DNA of 32,000 bases from the NCBI RefSeq assembly GCF_000400465.1, contig NW_008806302.1:30001-62000 (forward strand). Direction: 5' to 3'. The DNA comes from Wallemia ichthyophaga EXF-994 (taxonomy: Eukaryota > Fungi > Basidiomycota). Made by a program: the position numbers and the translations under genes. Each line of letters begins with the position of its first letter. Position 1 is the stretch's first letter. Below are positions 18,332 to 31,102 of this stretch, piece after piece. Below the pieces are notes generated by a model, which was given only the letters and a program-made list of their open reading frames with translations, searched no databases and was not told the origin of the DNA.

Positions 18332-19865
18332 TCTATGTGGCTCATGCATGATTGTTCCTTGATACCCTCTTACGAGATCCATGTGGTTGAGAATATCCCG
18401 ATATAATTGATATTAGTATTGGCTGCCAACACCTCGAAGGGTATTCTGTGCAGCAACCTTACTCCCTATCTAGATGATCGTACTCAAGTATTGGAACAGA
18501 CTTGCTCATCAGCAAGCGAACTCTAGCTATCGCCGCAGTGGTCTGGCAGATGCTTTATAAATATCTGCTTCTCATGCTTGTTGAGTAGCTAGCTGGTCAG
18601 GCAGGCGTTGATATATGTTGAAAGGCACACCAGGACTAATGATAAAACGGAGTTGATGTGCACTCCAGATATGTTGAATCAACCATACAATTCTCACTCC
18701 CGCCTGCAACCAGCTCAGCTATTTCTGCGAATGCGAATGCTAATCTGGGATTGTCGAACAGTTTGAACGCGCCCGCACAGCTCAGATGGATCAGCTTGAG
18801 TCGTTTTGAATCGCCTCTAATTGAACAGAAGTAGACGGTGGCTTTCACCTACAGCGAAATGCGACTCAAGTTTCTTTAGGTTAGCGCATGAGGGTTGCTG
18901 GTGAATTGTGGATCGTGGATAGTACAATGGACATGGCTGTGTGAATACAAGTGGTTCAACCAACTCCCTCACTATCGTTGTTGTTTGCTTCATGCAGTGC
19001 GTCGAGAGGCTATTCAAGCACAATACGCCCACAACGATCACCGCTAATGAGTGATCATGATGATCCACTTGATTATAAAGAATCAGTGTTTAAATATAGA
19101 AAAAGCAGGTACTGGAGAGTATCCATCAGAGTGCCGGACTTGGAGAGCTGCAATTGGAGAACTGCTAGAGGAATGCTAGAGAGACAGCTGCATTCATCCA
19201 TAATATCCGACATCCACACACGCATATTCCGATTATCTTCCGTGTTCTTCGGAGGATGCAAATCAGATCATTTAAGTTACTTTTGACACCTTTACACATT
19301 AAAAACGCAAAATTTAAGCACATTACCATCGGATTACCCTTTTTTCAATGTCACAACTGGTGATTACCGATGCTGTCCTCCGTAAAATTTCCAGGAACGT
19401 TGGATGACTGTGGATGACAGGTGTGTGTCGATGGATTTAATGACGTGCGTGCTAGTGATTTGCGGTGCATGAGACAATTTAAGAGAGCGAGTGTGATAGC
19501 TTGCGCTTCTCGATTTCTGTTTCTGAGACTGCCTTTGTGAAACAGGGTAACGCGGAAACTAACGCGTGACTGCGCAGGCTGAATATTTTCAAAATTTCCA
19601 TTTTACAGCAAACACCGCAGCAGACCAACACACATCTGACACAACCTTGTTACCTCGTCTCACCAACGTTTCACCTCATCTCGGTACCTTAGTCCCTGGC
19701 AGATATCGCTTGCTAATATTTAACCGGACCATCTCATCTGATAGCGAGCGCGGCAGACGACGTCTTTCTTTCAGTCCATCCGAAGCGAAATTAAACCTAA
19801 ATAAATCAAATTAATCCGCTCACACGCACGCACACGCATAAACATAAGCATAAGCACACCAACGC

Positions 19866-20402
19866 ATGATGAAATTGGTTAGCAGGAGCAGCACTAGCAC
19901 CACTCTATCGGAAATAATGGGACAGCGCAGCAAGCGGGATCAGTTTGTAGTCTACCTGCGGGAGAAAGAGAAAAGCATAGAGAATTTGAATGTGAGTGGA
20001 GCAGTATGCACTCCACACATTCCACTAACAAAGTCACAGTTCGTATTGTGGTACGAGGATTATAGCATTCGCTTTCAGTATACCCCACCCGCACAGCAAC
20101 GCAGGGAGATTGAAAGCATCATCGAAACTTATTTTGATAGTCGGTCCATCTCCGAAGTAAATATCGACCAAGAGCGTAAGTTAGATTCACTTAATCAAGT
20201 ACGCCAGTGTTTTGAATCGAATGCATCGATACCGCCGAGGGTTTTCGAGAACATCTACCGCATCTGCCTCAATCTCCTCGAAACTAGCAGCATACCTGCC
20301 TTCCTCAGTTATCGCAAAGCAGAGCGAATGTCATTTCGCACAATTCTCGGTTTGAGAGAGACTTACTCGATAAGTCGCTCATCCAGCAGCTCGACTAGCT
20401 AA
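19866..20402 (+). CDS. RGS (regulator of G-protein signalling) domain protein
   Basis: Removing the in-frame 48-nt intron 19992-20039 gives DQFVVYLREKEKSIENLNFVLWYEDY...IIETYFDSRSISEVNID...PPRVFENI...LLETSSIPAFL, the RGS helical motif pattern. Confidence 0.8.
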   Translation: MMKLVSRSSTSTTLSEIMGQRSKRDQFVVYLREKEKSIENLNVSGAVCTPHIPLTKSQFVLWYEDYSIRFQYTPPAQQRREIESIIETYFDSRSISEVNIDQERKLDSLNQVRQCFESNASIPPRVFENIYRICLNLLETSSIPAFLSYRKAERMSFRTILGLRETYSISRSSSSSTS

Positions 20403-20479
20403 TTCATAGATATAGACTTGATAGATTTACATATAGATATACAACATGTACCCAACGCACAGATTCCCATTTATTGCAT

Positions 20480-22262
20480 TTATGATTGCCTCAATGATAT
20501 CGACGAGCGGCGTGAGTGCATGGGTGTGTTGAGAGGGCTCATTTGGAGATGCGGGCGGAACTTGCCAGATGTCGCGCTAGGCGTGTGATGCATGGCTGGT
20601 GGCAGTGTCGGTAGTGCTTCTTGAGATTGTTCCATCGACGTGAGCAGGAAGGGCGACGCAGGCCATACCTCCTTCGACTTGATAGCCCTGTCGAGCATAC
20701 CCTCCAGCTGTTTACGGTAGGTTTCGTAGCAGACGAGAGTGTATATCTTGAAATGCTGTGAGGTGTTAGAATAGAGTTTACTAACAAACCAGTTTCCTTA
20801 CCTGAGAATGAATTACATTCAACACTTCCACTTTGTTCAGCGCCAGCCAGCACTGCCATAGCTGTATGCGCTCTCTGTCGAGCTGACACGCGCTCTGTAT
20901 GCGCGACAACCTACGCAGGTTAATCTGATCCCAAACTTTCTGGTCCTCTTCCGAAGCGTGTGGTGGGTATGATAGGAAAGGATCAGCTACTGATATGTGC
21001 GTGTGATGCGAGTAACTTCTATTGATTAATGAATTGCTAGATGCGAGGCTAACTGAAGAAGGCGGCACATCGCTAGGTCTGACTGGCAAGAATGATGTCT
21101 CGTCATTATCGTCAAGGTTGACAACAGACGGAGGCGACGACCTCATGCTCACGCTCCTACCCATGCTCATGCTGTTGTCGGCATCCAACGAAGCCACATT
21201 CGATTGCACCGATTTCGTCGGTGAGTTTGGTATCTTTAATTGTGATGACGAGCGTGGACGCGTTTTGACAGAGTTGTTCGAACTGAAGACCTGCGAATGA
21301 TCGGGAACCACAAGTGGAGCGTTCGCTGGACGCTTTCGCAGGCGTATCCACCTCCGTCGGCGCACATAGCTGAATGGACCACCGTGCTGCGTCCAGCCTG
21401 TAGACTTGAACCACGTATTGTACTCCCAGCCCGCCTCGTCTCGTTTGCGGCGGCAAGACATATCGACCAGCATGTGTGGGTGTACCCACTCCCAAAGAGG
21501 ATCCGGAGGCTGGACGGTGTCGGGAGTATAGGGAGATGAGCCACCTTGTCCGTTTGTGTATGGTGATGGATCTATGGGGAGGAGAGATTTGAAAGAGACT
21601 AGGTCGTCGGGTTAGACAGTCTCACAGCAGCAACCTGACCCACAATATCCGGTTCCGAGAAGAAACAAGCCCCGCTGGTTTTCGTAGAGCACCTCTATTT
21701 CAAACACATCCATTTCCCGCATAAACGGAGCATCAGAGCTAGCCGACTCATCGCGATTGCTCATCGCCAGCGACTCAGAGCGCTGCCTCGTCATCGTAGA
21801 CGAGCGTGTGCGCTTCATGGACATGAAATCGTCATTGATTTGAGTGATCGGCGGGACATTTGGCTCTGCTGAATTGGTGTTGGATCTCAAACGACGGAGG
21901 TGACCGAAATGGCTGTTGCTGGTGCGTATACCGCTTTTGGGCTTATAGAGGGGCTCTACGGGTGGCGGAATCCAGTTTTCGTCGTTGGTGCCATCCACTT
22001 CCAATTCCGGGGATGGGGTCAACTGCGGATCTGGAGACATGTGCAGTGCTTTGAGTTTCCTCGCCTTTTTGAAAGTGTATTTAGAGTTAAGCACGCGCTG
22101 GAGATGGCTGAGAGCCTCGTGCTCCCCCGCATCCGGTACTGAGGTGCGGGAGTTGCGTGAGGTGCGCGATCTCGACGTGCGGCTGGCTCTATCGCTGCGT
22201 TGGTTCATCTGGTGTAAATCATCTTTGGACAGCGGCGTGGATTGCTGCCTCTTGATTTTCAT
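20480..22262 (-). CDS. Spo73/Mug65-like dysferlin (DysF/Pex24-type) domain protein
   Basis: Exons 22262-21644, 21598-20802 and 20755-20480 (introns 45 and 46 nt). YENQRGLFLLG..FSFKSLLPIDPSPY...PPDPLWEWVHPHMLVDM...DEAGWEY...SYVRRRRWIRLR is the DysF signature. Confidence 0.8.
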
Positions 22263-22467
22263 AGACGTCGGAGTAGACGTGGATGATCGTGGATGAACAA
22301 CGTGTTAGAAACGATGACGCGGGTCATTTGTAAATGCATTTTGGATGGCTAGCGGGGTTATTAGCCTTGTGCTAGTGGGTTTATTAGCCTTTTGCTCGTT
22401 TTCCATTTCTCCAGCCATGGCCCGTAATTCATAGCCCATAGTTGATAGCCCATGCCAGCAGCCCATC

Positions 22468-23121
22468 GTGCAACATGCACTACAGCCACGCACTTATGCT
22501 AGTAGACGCTACACCAGCACGACGATGTATGATGGCAATCTATCCGCGCTCTCGCTCTCCTCAGAAAGTTCCGGCTGGCGAGAGAAGCTGAATATGCTCA
22601 AACAGCGCAGAGAAGCGAAGCCAGCGCCTGTTTTGCAATTCAGCGCACCCACGCCATCTCCATCGCAGCCCACATCTATGCACACTCCATTGCCGCAGAC
22701 GCCTCAGACGCCAAGTGACACAGCAAAGGACTACGCGCGAATCGACGAGGCCAGTCTGATTGAGGTGAGTGATCGTGTAAGTGAGCTGCTTGCGTCGCTG
22801 ACAACGCAGCAGTCCTACCAGAAGCCAGGACACACCGCTTCAGCCTCCCGCAACAGCCACAGCAGCCGCCATAAGGCAGCTACTTCGAGCACCTTTTCCA
22901 TGCGCGCGCCGATCACCTCCAGAGAATGCCTGCAGAGAGCCACATTTCTCAAGGAACGCGCGCACGATTATCTTCAGGAATCCAGAGCTCTCCTTGACCG
23001 CGCTAGCGTTATGGCTTATCAAGAGGCAGAACATTCTCACGATAAGGCGCGTAGACGTGAAGAGTGGGCACAGAAAGCTCGAAAACATGCTGAGAAGCTT
23101 GATAAAATTATAATCAAGTAG
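22468..23121 (+). CDS. hypothetical protein with C-terminal coiled coil (start may be 22519)
   Basis: 217-aa ORF; low-complexity P/S/T middle; helical charged C-terminus (KARRREEWAQKARKHAEKL). Confidence 0.6.
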   Translation: MQHALQPRTYASRRYTSTTMYDGNLSALSLSSESSGWREKLNMLKQRREAKPAPVLQFSAPTPSPSQPTSMHTPLPQTPQTPSDTAKDYARIDEASLIEVSDRVSELLASLTTQQSYQKPGHTASASRNSHSSRHKAATSSTFSMRAPITSRECLQRATFLKERAHDYLQESRALLDRASVMAYQEAEHSHDKARRREEWAQKARKHAEKLDKIIIK

Positions 23122-23463
23122 TGCATTGAATTATTTGCTCGCGAAATAAGTGAATAGAGCTGTCAATTCAGCTATAATTGACAATTATCATGTATTTTGT
23201 AATTTTCAAGTGTATCTAAGCACATAAGAAATAATTTATTGGTGTTTTGTTCATCTTCCTTTACATTTCAGCCTGTCTTCTCAGGGACCGCTAAGACGAA
23301 GCGATACGAGGAGATAAGATGAGGCGATTTGATTCGCTATATAACCACGTAAAGTCTTCAGAACATCTAATACTGCCACATTAGTCAATTTTCAGACCCT
23401 AATACCGCAGCGAAGGCACATTTCCACTTTACACTGGATTGCGATAGTCCATATCGGCAGCAA

Positions 23464-25219
23464 ATGACAGTTATTAAATCAATATTCAGCGATGCAGATA
23501 TCCCCAAGATTAGCCTCTTCGATCACATTTTGCCGCAGGAACAATCTAAGAACAGCAGTGTGGTCTACGTGGATGCACAAACAGGGCGCTGCTTAACAAT
23601 CTCAGAGCTGCGCAGAGACGCCCTCCGCCTGGCTTATGGACTAAGGAAGTACCACAACATCGGCAGAGGAGATAGCGTGCTTATCGTAAACCACAACTCA
23701 ATTACATATCCAGTACTCTTCTTCGCCGTGATAGCCACTGGCGCAACGGCATCACTCGCCAATCCAGCCAACAAGCACCTCGAAATGTCCCATCAGATAA
23801 AAGATAGCGACATCTCCTTCGTTTTCGCAAATCCTGACAAAATAGAGCTATGCAGTATCATACTGAGGGAAAGAGGCTGGTCGGAGAATAGGGTGAGCGA
23901 TAGGGTAGTATCAGCTACTGAAAACAGCCCTAGAAGTTTCAAATCATACGCTCAACTCCTTTGCAACGACCTGCAGAAGGGTGTTCCTGAGACATTTGCA
24001 GGCGAGGATGCTCACAGTGTTGCCGTCACATGCTATAGCAGTGGTACGACAGGTGTAGCAAAAGGAGTGATGACGACACATTACAATCTCGTCGCCAACC
24101 TCACACAATTAGACTGGTCACGCGCGTACAGCACACAGAAATCAGATGTTGTCTTGGCTGTCCTCCCTTACTACCACATCTTTGGGCTCACATCCCTTCT
24201 ACTCAACTTCCTCAAGAGGGAGAATATGAGTGTAGTCTTGCCCCGCTTCTCCCTTGAAGCTTTCGGTGCTGCTGTCGAGAAATACAGGGTAACGCTCACG
24301 GCGGTTGTACCACCGATTCTCCACTCGATCGCGAAAGAAGATGTGGAAAGGAGGCATGGCATGTCCAGTCTGAAAATTCTCAATGTGGGCGCTGCGCCTG
24401 TCAGCCCCAAGCTGATAGAGCAGATTGGGGAAAAATTCAATAGCAGCGTGCTCGTCTCGAATGGCTATGGTCTCACTGAGACTAGTCCAGTCACGCACAA
24501 ACTGCCACTAGAATACGCCAGGTCACATAGCGGCTATATTGGCAGAATGCTCTCAAACACCACCGCGCGTCTCGTGGATGAAAATGGCAAGGATGTACCT
24601 GGAGATAACAAGTCGAGTGGAGAGTGAGTATTTAGACTTTGTATGGTTCCCATTTCACACCCCACCCCAGACTCTGGATTAAAGGGCCGCAAGTCATGAG
24701 GGGTTATTTGAATAACCCCCAAGCTACAGCCCAGTGCATGACTTCAGACGGATATTTCAAGACTGGCGATATAGCAATATACGATGATCAGACGTTCCTC
24801 TTCAAGATAGTAGGCAGACTGAAGGTTAGTGGGATAGCTACGAAAAAATTCGTAGCTAAAATGTACTCCAGGAAATGATAAAATACAAAGGCATTCAGGT
24901 GGCACCGTCATCTCTAGAAGCGGTGCTTTTATCTCATCCTCAAGTGAATGATGCGGCTGTTATAGGCGTTTACGACGACAGACAGGTGACGGAACTTCCC
25001 AGAGCCTATATCGTGCCTCAGGATGCAGCCAATTTCGACAACCAAGTATTTTGCAATGAAATAGAAGCCTGGGTGGCAGACATAGTTGCAAATTATTCCA
25101 AATTGCGCGGAGGCGTGCACACAATCGACGTCATCCCTAAAACTCCTTCTGGGAAAATTGTCAGAAGACATTTGCACATGCTTGCCGCTCAGCAGCATAT
25201 AGGACTGGCTAAGCTCTAG
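23464..25219 (+). CDS. 4-coumarate-CoA ligase-like acyl-CoA synthetase (ANL family), peroxisomal
   Basis: Exons 23464-24623, 24671-24824 and 24872-25219 (two 47-nt introns). Motifs CYSSGTTGVAKG, VLPYYHIFG, GYGLTETSP, GELWIKGPQVMRGY, YFKTGD, RLKEMIKYKG and IPKTPSGKI. C-terminal AKL is a PTS1. Confidence 0.95.
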
Positions 25220-25462
25220 ACAAATTACAGATTATGCAATGCAGCGATGGTTGCTTTTATGTCAGTAAAGTTTCTAAACTTCTACGTCTTATCAAGGTCA
25301 TTACTCGATTTATAGACTCTTTAGAATTTACTATGTTCAAAATGGCCTACCAATTTCAATACGCAAAAATTATCATTTTTAAATTACAAAGACGAACAAA
25401 ACATAGAATGTGAAATTGAATCCTTAACCTAAACTTAATCCTATCACTTGTTCTTTATCCCA

Positions 25463-26551
25463 TTACTTCCTCAAAGCTGAGAGCGACAATCCTTGAGGAG
25501 CTCCGATTGCGTTTCCTACAGCAGCACTCTTAAGATCGTCTTCAGTGGTATCAGCTGGACAATGAGAGAAGAGGTGCGAATGTGGAAGCTCCCAGAATCG
25601 CTTTGTCGGAATAGGGTTGGAATATTGGCCGTAATCTGACGGCACCTGCGCAGCAGTCGATAAGGTGCGCTGCGTAATAGTCAATGGCACTCTGACGGCT
25701 GCCAATCGAAGTGTGTCCTTCTTGAACATGATGTTAAACTCCAAATAGTGTTTTCTTTGTATTCTACCATGTGAAAATTCCATTGTGGTTGGCTTGATAT
25801 TGTCGTTGGAAGGTAATTGCAATATCCAATGACCGGTAATCGCATCTTGCTCTGAATTTGCTCTGATAAGTGTGCTGTCACGACTTCCTTCAAGTAATAG
25901 TACTTCCTTATCGACAGGTGGTGTCGATATTACCTTGTCTTTGTTTTGAATGACTGTGTGTTGTTCAAACTTGACTTTAACACCCTTAATCTCTAATCCT
26001 GGCGCTGCAGATGGGAGATAAAGGCCGATGTCGATGAAACCTTGGGTCGTAAGGTGTTTTGATTTGAATGACACTTCAAACGATCCGACATCTTCGACAA
26101 AGTCCTGGTGGATGTGCTCGAGTGAAATTTGCTGGCTATCACTTGGACTGCCAACCAGTATAATGAACATGTTGGCAATCAATGGATGCGCGAGAATCTC
26201 GTCGAATTCCACCTTGGCTTCGATATAAGCGGCCACATCACCAGCAGCGAAGCACGGCTGTGATTTGGACACGTGGAAATCAAAATCGTACTTGTGCAGA
26301 CCTTGATCCAAACTCTCGTTCTGCTTAAAGGTGACAACCTCGTGCATGAACATCTTCTCATCACGTTTTGCGTACTTGACAATCTCTTCGGCATTCTTCA
26401 TCTTAATTTTAATAAATTTCACACTTTGCTTTGTTGGTAGATTGAGCTCCACTTGGCCACTAACCCGAACATTGTCTGTAGATGGGCACAGGGTAATTAC
26501 GTTGGTATGGTTGTGCAGTTTGATACTGAGTGTTGGCTTATCTGGTGACAT
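25463..26551 (-). CDS. arrestin-related (alpha-arrestin-like) protein
   Basis: 362-aa ORF with beta-sandwich patterns VSGQVELNLPTKQSVKFIKIKM, LDQGLHKYDFDFHV, and C-domain RKHYLEFNIMF..LRLAAVRVPLTI. Confidence 0.7.
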   Translation of the reverse strand: MSPDKPTLSIKLHNHTNVITLCPSTDNVRVSGQVELNLPTKQSVKFIKIKMKNAEEIVKYAKRDEKMFMHEVVTFKQNESLDQGLHKYDFDFHVSKSQPCFAAGDVAAYIEAKVEFDEILAHPLIANMFIILVGSPSDSQQISLEHIHQDFVEDVGSFEVSFKSKHLTTQGFIDIGLYLPSAAPGLEIKGVKVKFEQHTVIQNKDKVISTPPVDKEVLLLEGSRDSTLIRANSEQDAITGHWILQLPSNDNIKPTTMEFSHGRIQRKHYLEFNIMFKKDTLRLAAVRVPLTITQRTLSTAAQVPSDYGQYSNPIPTKRFWELPHSHLFSHCPADTTEDDLKSAAVGNAIGAPQGLSLSALRK

Positions 26552-26684
26552 TGATGGTGGTGGAAATATAAGAGAAATATCGATTTATCAACTGACGCAA
26601 CCGAGCGCAATCGCTGGTTAGGCGAGTATTCAAGAGAGCGTCAGGTGGACAGAAAAGTATTAAGATCGAGGTTTATAAAACAGT

Positions 26685-27580
26685 TCATTTTAATTTTCGT
26701 TTACGACCCCCAAATAATACAAAAACCTTGATACTTAATGTTCTTTTAGCCGCCTCGGGTATTAGCAAAGGATTTCTTCGAGATTTGAGGGATAAAGCAC
26801 TACCATCGAAGCTCAACTCATTTCTGCTAATCTTGTTGCAAAATTTCCGATCCAGGATGCCGCGGTCAAAAATCTCAGGTTCTATCTCCGTCAAAATGAC
26901 TCATCCATCTTCTCCGTCGAGGTCTGGCGTTCTCCAAAACTGAGTGCAACGTGAGTCAAATAGGCTTGTCAAGTAATAATAACAGAATCCGATCTTACCC
27001 CTGTTCTCATCCATAATGTGTACATGTCTGCCGAAATCGCTATGGCAGCTAAAGGTGAACTTGTACGCGTTGCTGTCTGCTTCAACGCTAGCTGAGCCAC
27101 CCATTAATAATTATCCTTACAATCGAGAGTTTTCAATAATTCTTGTCAAGAAATATTTAGATTGCGCTATATTAACCTCCACATCATTCGTAAGACACCA
27201 TTCCAATGCCGATGAAATATTCATCACAAGGCATTTTTGGCTCTTATAAAGCTTGGTTCGTGAAAGCTCCCGAGAATCAGTGTTGTATGCCTTCAGACCT
27301 GCTTCTAGTTGCAAAACGACTGTATGTCCCTCGTTGTCCTGAATGCGCGCATCGATAACAAAATGTTGTTTATTGAGAGTAATAGAGGTAGCAATAGATG
27401 TGAGATGGAAAAGCGTTGGCTCGGAGATACGAGAGCAAATTGTTTCTCGGAAGATTCATGACCGTCTGTGACTCTTTGAAGAGCCAATCGCCGTATCGCA
27501 GAGCTGCCTGATCGAAGAGCGTTGACGACCTCTACTTTCTCCACGTACATGCCCTTGAAGGCGGTGTACGTATTGTTCAC
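26685..27580 (-). pseudogene. degenerate hypothetical gene
   Basis: Several consecutive same-strand protein-like frames (27580-27305, ~27460-27117, 27104-26901, 26894-26685) and one intron-like segment, broken by stops or frameshifts. No family recognised. Confidence 0.3.
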
Positions 27581-27994
27581 AAATGCAATCCCAGCATCTG
27601 TAAATTGCTTTTTATTATTATTATAAGATCTCGCAATCTCCTTCGCGATGTCATCGTTGCTCAGATAAGGATGTGATGCTTAGATAACGTGACGCCGCGT
27701 GGGGGGGAAGGCTTTAATCTGAAGAATGAGATGTAAATGCCTTTGAGCGTTTCTATAAGTTTTTCAATTACGTCTGTGAGCCTCCACTCCTGTTCCTGGA
27801 ATCATTAAGATTGAATCATTAAATGACGTTATTGACGATAACTTCGGCCTGCAAATGCGTACCGTCTTTCTGCTTATTTTCTACAACCTCAATTACATGC
27901 TACTATGCCTCTCGATTTTCCGGTCATTTTTTTTGTCGATCATGACGGCAGCGCAATTACTTACTCACCTTGCTTTTGCGAAATCAGAATCCAA

Positions 27995-28734
27995 ATGAAA
28001 TTATTTACTTTATCTTTAGCGTTACCTTTGCTTTCCGTCGTCGCTGCAGCTCCTTCGCCTTTGGACGGGCGTAGTGATCATCCAATTGGTGAAGCTCTGG
28101 AGGACTTTGGACACGACGTCGGTGATGCGATCGTGAGTAAATAAATCTCAACCTACTCGCACAAGCTAAGATTGAGAGACAGACAGATATCGGTAACACT
28201 GTTGTCGCTATCGGTGACACAATCTTCCACGAAGACGATAGCAATGACGACAAGATCTCAAAAACATACAATTGGGCCAACGAAAATATCGGAAATGGCA
28301 TCGGAACTCTGTTCGCCGGTTTAGTTGACATGTCCGAAGGTATTGCGCTGAATGATACGAGCGAGGAGAGAGCAGATTCCGTCCGTTCCAAGTACGCAGA
28401 CGCGAATGAAAATCTCGGAGAAGGCTTGACCAACTTCCTCAATGCCACACAATTGTTCGCCGAGGATATCAACAATAAAACCCTCGACTTGGATATATTC
28501 CCACCACAAGTCAAGCAGTACATTCAAGATTATAACAACGCTACCGGTAGTGCCGCTGGGGACTTGCTCAACACTTTTGCTCTTAGCGTTGAGCACGAAA
28601 TTTACGACGAGAACGGCCCAAGCACTGAAGAGGTTAAATCATCATTCAAGAAGACTGTTTCAGAGCTTGGCGACAGAGCGACTGCAGTTCACAAGATCCT
28701 CAAATCAGCTTGGAATGATTTCTTCAACCAGTGA
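27995..28734 (+). CDS. secreted acidic (D/E/N-rich) protein of unknown function (~229 aa)
   Basis: MKLFTLSLALPLLSVVAAAP signal peptide; exon 27995-28132, 50-nt intron 28133-28182, exon 28183-28734 in frame with track ORF 28330-28734; N-glycosylation sequons NDT, NAT, NKT, NAT. Confidence 0.8.
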
Positions 28735-28944
28735 GCTCAACCCTAAATCATGGCAAGGGATTGCCATTAGTATGTAGAATTTCATGTGTATCCTTTTCAA
28801 TGTATACAATACCTATAGACCAGGTAAGGGGAGTTTCACCTGTTCTGTCCATATCTTCTTTTCGCTGAATTTTTTCAAAGTATATTTATAGGTTAAGTTA
28901 CTTATATTAATACAAAGGAGATGTGAAGGAATAATTGAATTTAT

Positions 28945-31102
28945 TCAGCCGTATTGACTTGAATATTGAATGATATCTACCTCATCGATGGATGGATTGG
29001 ATGCGTGACAACTTTGATTGTGTTCTTCCATGTATTTTTCCAGCTCTTCAACTGTAGGTGGATGCGGTGGAGGGTGTGGCGGCTTAAACGCTCTCTTCAC
29101 ACTTTCGGATTCAAAATTGCATGAGTTTCGGATCTTTTCGAGTGTTATTTGAACGGCTGGAGCGTCACATGGATGATATTCGAGTAGCTGCTCAATTGCT
29201 CCTAAGATACCCCTCGCAACATATAGCGCCAGTACTAGATCAGAATCGAGTCCAAATAAATCAAGACATCGCAAAGCTTGTACTGATAACACACCTAGAA
29301 TCATTGGAGCATCACGTATACTGCCTCCGATGAACTTTAAGAATAGTCAAGAGATGCTCAGAGATGGATTGTGTTGTAAAACTCACCTGCCTATAGATGT
29401 AAGAATGATCTTCAAGCCACTTCTTTGCTTGTATTCTGGTGAAGTATCCTCTTTGTCTTATTCTAGAGTCATTCATGCGTTTCAGCTTTGCGGTGAGCAC
29501 TAGCTTTGTGATGAAGAGGGCATTTGAAACTTGCCATCGAGGTATACCGTTATGGCAAGTGTGTTTACCCAGCTCCGCCTCAATATTGTCAGCCTCTTGG
29601 ATTATTTTCAGCGCTCTCAAATGAAAATCCAGTGGCGGTAGTCGCAATCTCATAGCGCCATGACACAGCAGCTTGCCTCGATCTAGCAATGCATACATAG
29701 TGCGCCTTGACCAATCTCGCTCATATTGATCTGGAAGATTAGCAACGAAGTGCTCGGAAGTCAGAAAAATACCGTAGTTGGAGCTGTCGTTAATGTAAAG
29801 AGGGTTGAGTGTTGGCTGAAACATTTGCTGGTACCAGCTTTGGTTGAGCGCGCCCCATACCACTCTTCTAATCTCCTCAGCTTTCACCATATTCTCATCT
29901 GACTCGTCTAATGCGAACCTAGCTAAAAACCGAAACCTGATACCTTCCTTCTTTTGCGTTGATTGCTCATTGTAAGTCCACTTCATACATGGGCAGTCCA
30001 GCTGCGTTGATATCTCTTCAATTTGCGAAAACGAGTGCGATTCTGATACTGGGGTTAGCGGTTCCGGTTGTGCTGGCTGATCCAAATCTGCCGTTTTAAT
30101 CGGTACAGCGTCGTCATCAAGAACGTAAAGCACTTTGTCAGCATCGAGAGTAGTCAGTCCGAGTGTTCTGATGACTGTATCAGCAATTGTCAAGCTGGCA
30201 CCCAACCGTTGTACATCAAAGAGGGGCTTTGGAAGAAACTCATAATACTGCAGACAAACTGCAGCCTGCGCCAAGCCTAGAGATATATTGCTAGTGCTGA
30301 TAGCTGACATTAGGTGGCTATGTGACCTCTCAGCGTAATTCAGAGCCTTGAGTTTCGACTCGGTAGCAAAAGTTTGGTCGCATCTACCTTTAAAAACATA
30401 CGAGATTGCCAGAAGGGCATATATAAGCGCTGGCTCAATAGCGCCTCTCTTTCTTGAGTTCATAATTACTTCGAAGAAGCTAGGTAGGTGAAACATTGTT
30501 GCGATGAAGTCACCTCTTTGAAAGACTAGTGACAGGTCGGCAGCAATAACTTTAAGAGTCGTATTTCTATCCAGCCGAGACTCACTCATTTTTTCACCAA
30601 TCAAGTAATCCCAATACGTGTTCTGCTGGTAATTTCGATCTGGATGAAGAAGAAGTGGAGGCGAAGTGGAGGTCGCATTGTACGACGTCTGGTATGCAAA
30701 CTCAGGAAAGTTGCTAGTGTACAGTATATTCGCATCATTGCTATTTCTTGACTTGAAAAACGGATGCGGTAACGTTGGTTCATTGTCGTCGTGATCGGTT
30801 TCTTCGTAATCCGTGTCAGAATACGTCGTCCCACTAGTACTTGGCCTAGACAAAGCCATCTCTTGGTTCTCGAAGGATGCTGCAGCAGACATTGCTGCTT
30901 GTTTGGCAGCTTCAATCCGCTTAGCGCTAGCTCTTGGCTTGCGATCTTTTCCGCGTCTCTTTATGACGCCTTCAAAGACGCATTCAAGGGCCTTCTTGGT
31001 GCATCTATCACACGGGCCGTCTTGATTAGAGCTGATACACTTGGATTTTGATCTGCGACAGCTCAGGCAAGCGTTGATGCCCCTGCTGGTCTGATTTTGC
31101 AT
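28945..31102 (-). CDS. Zn(II)2Cys6 fungal transcription factor
   Basis: CLSCRRSKSKCISSNQDGPCDRCTKKALEC cluster. The 52-nt intron 29386-29335 (GTGAGT..AAG) joins track ORFs 31102-29312 and 29304-28945 in frame. Confidence 0.92.

Noticed and set aside
19817-19865. CACG/CATAAG short repeats upstream of the RGS gene
   Set aside because: Low-complexity microsatellite-like 5'-UTR sequence; too short and irregular to be an array.
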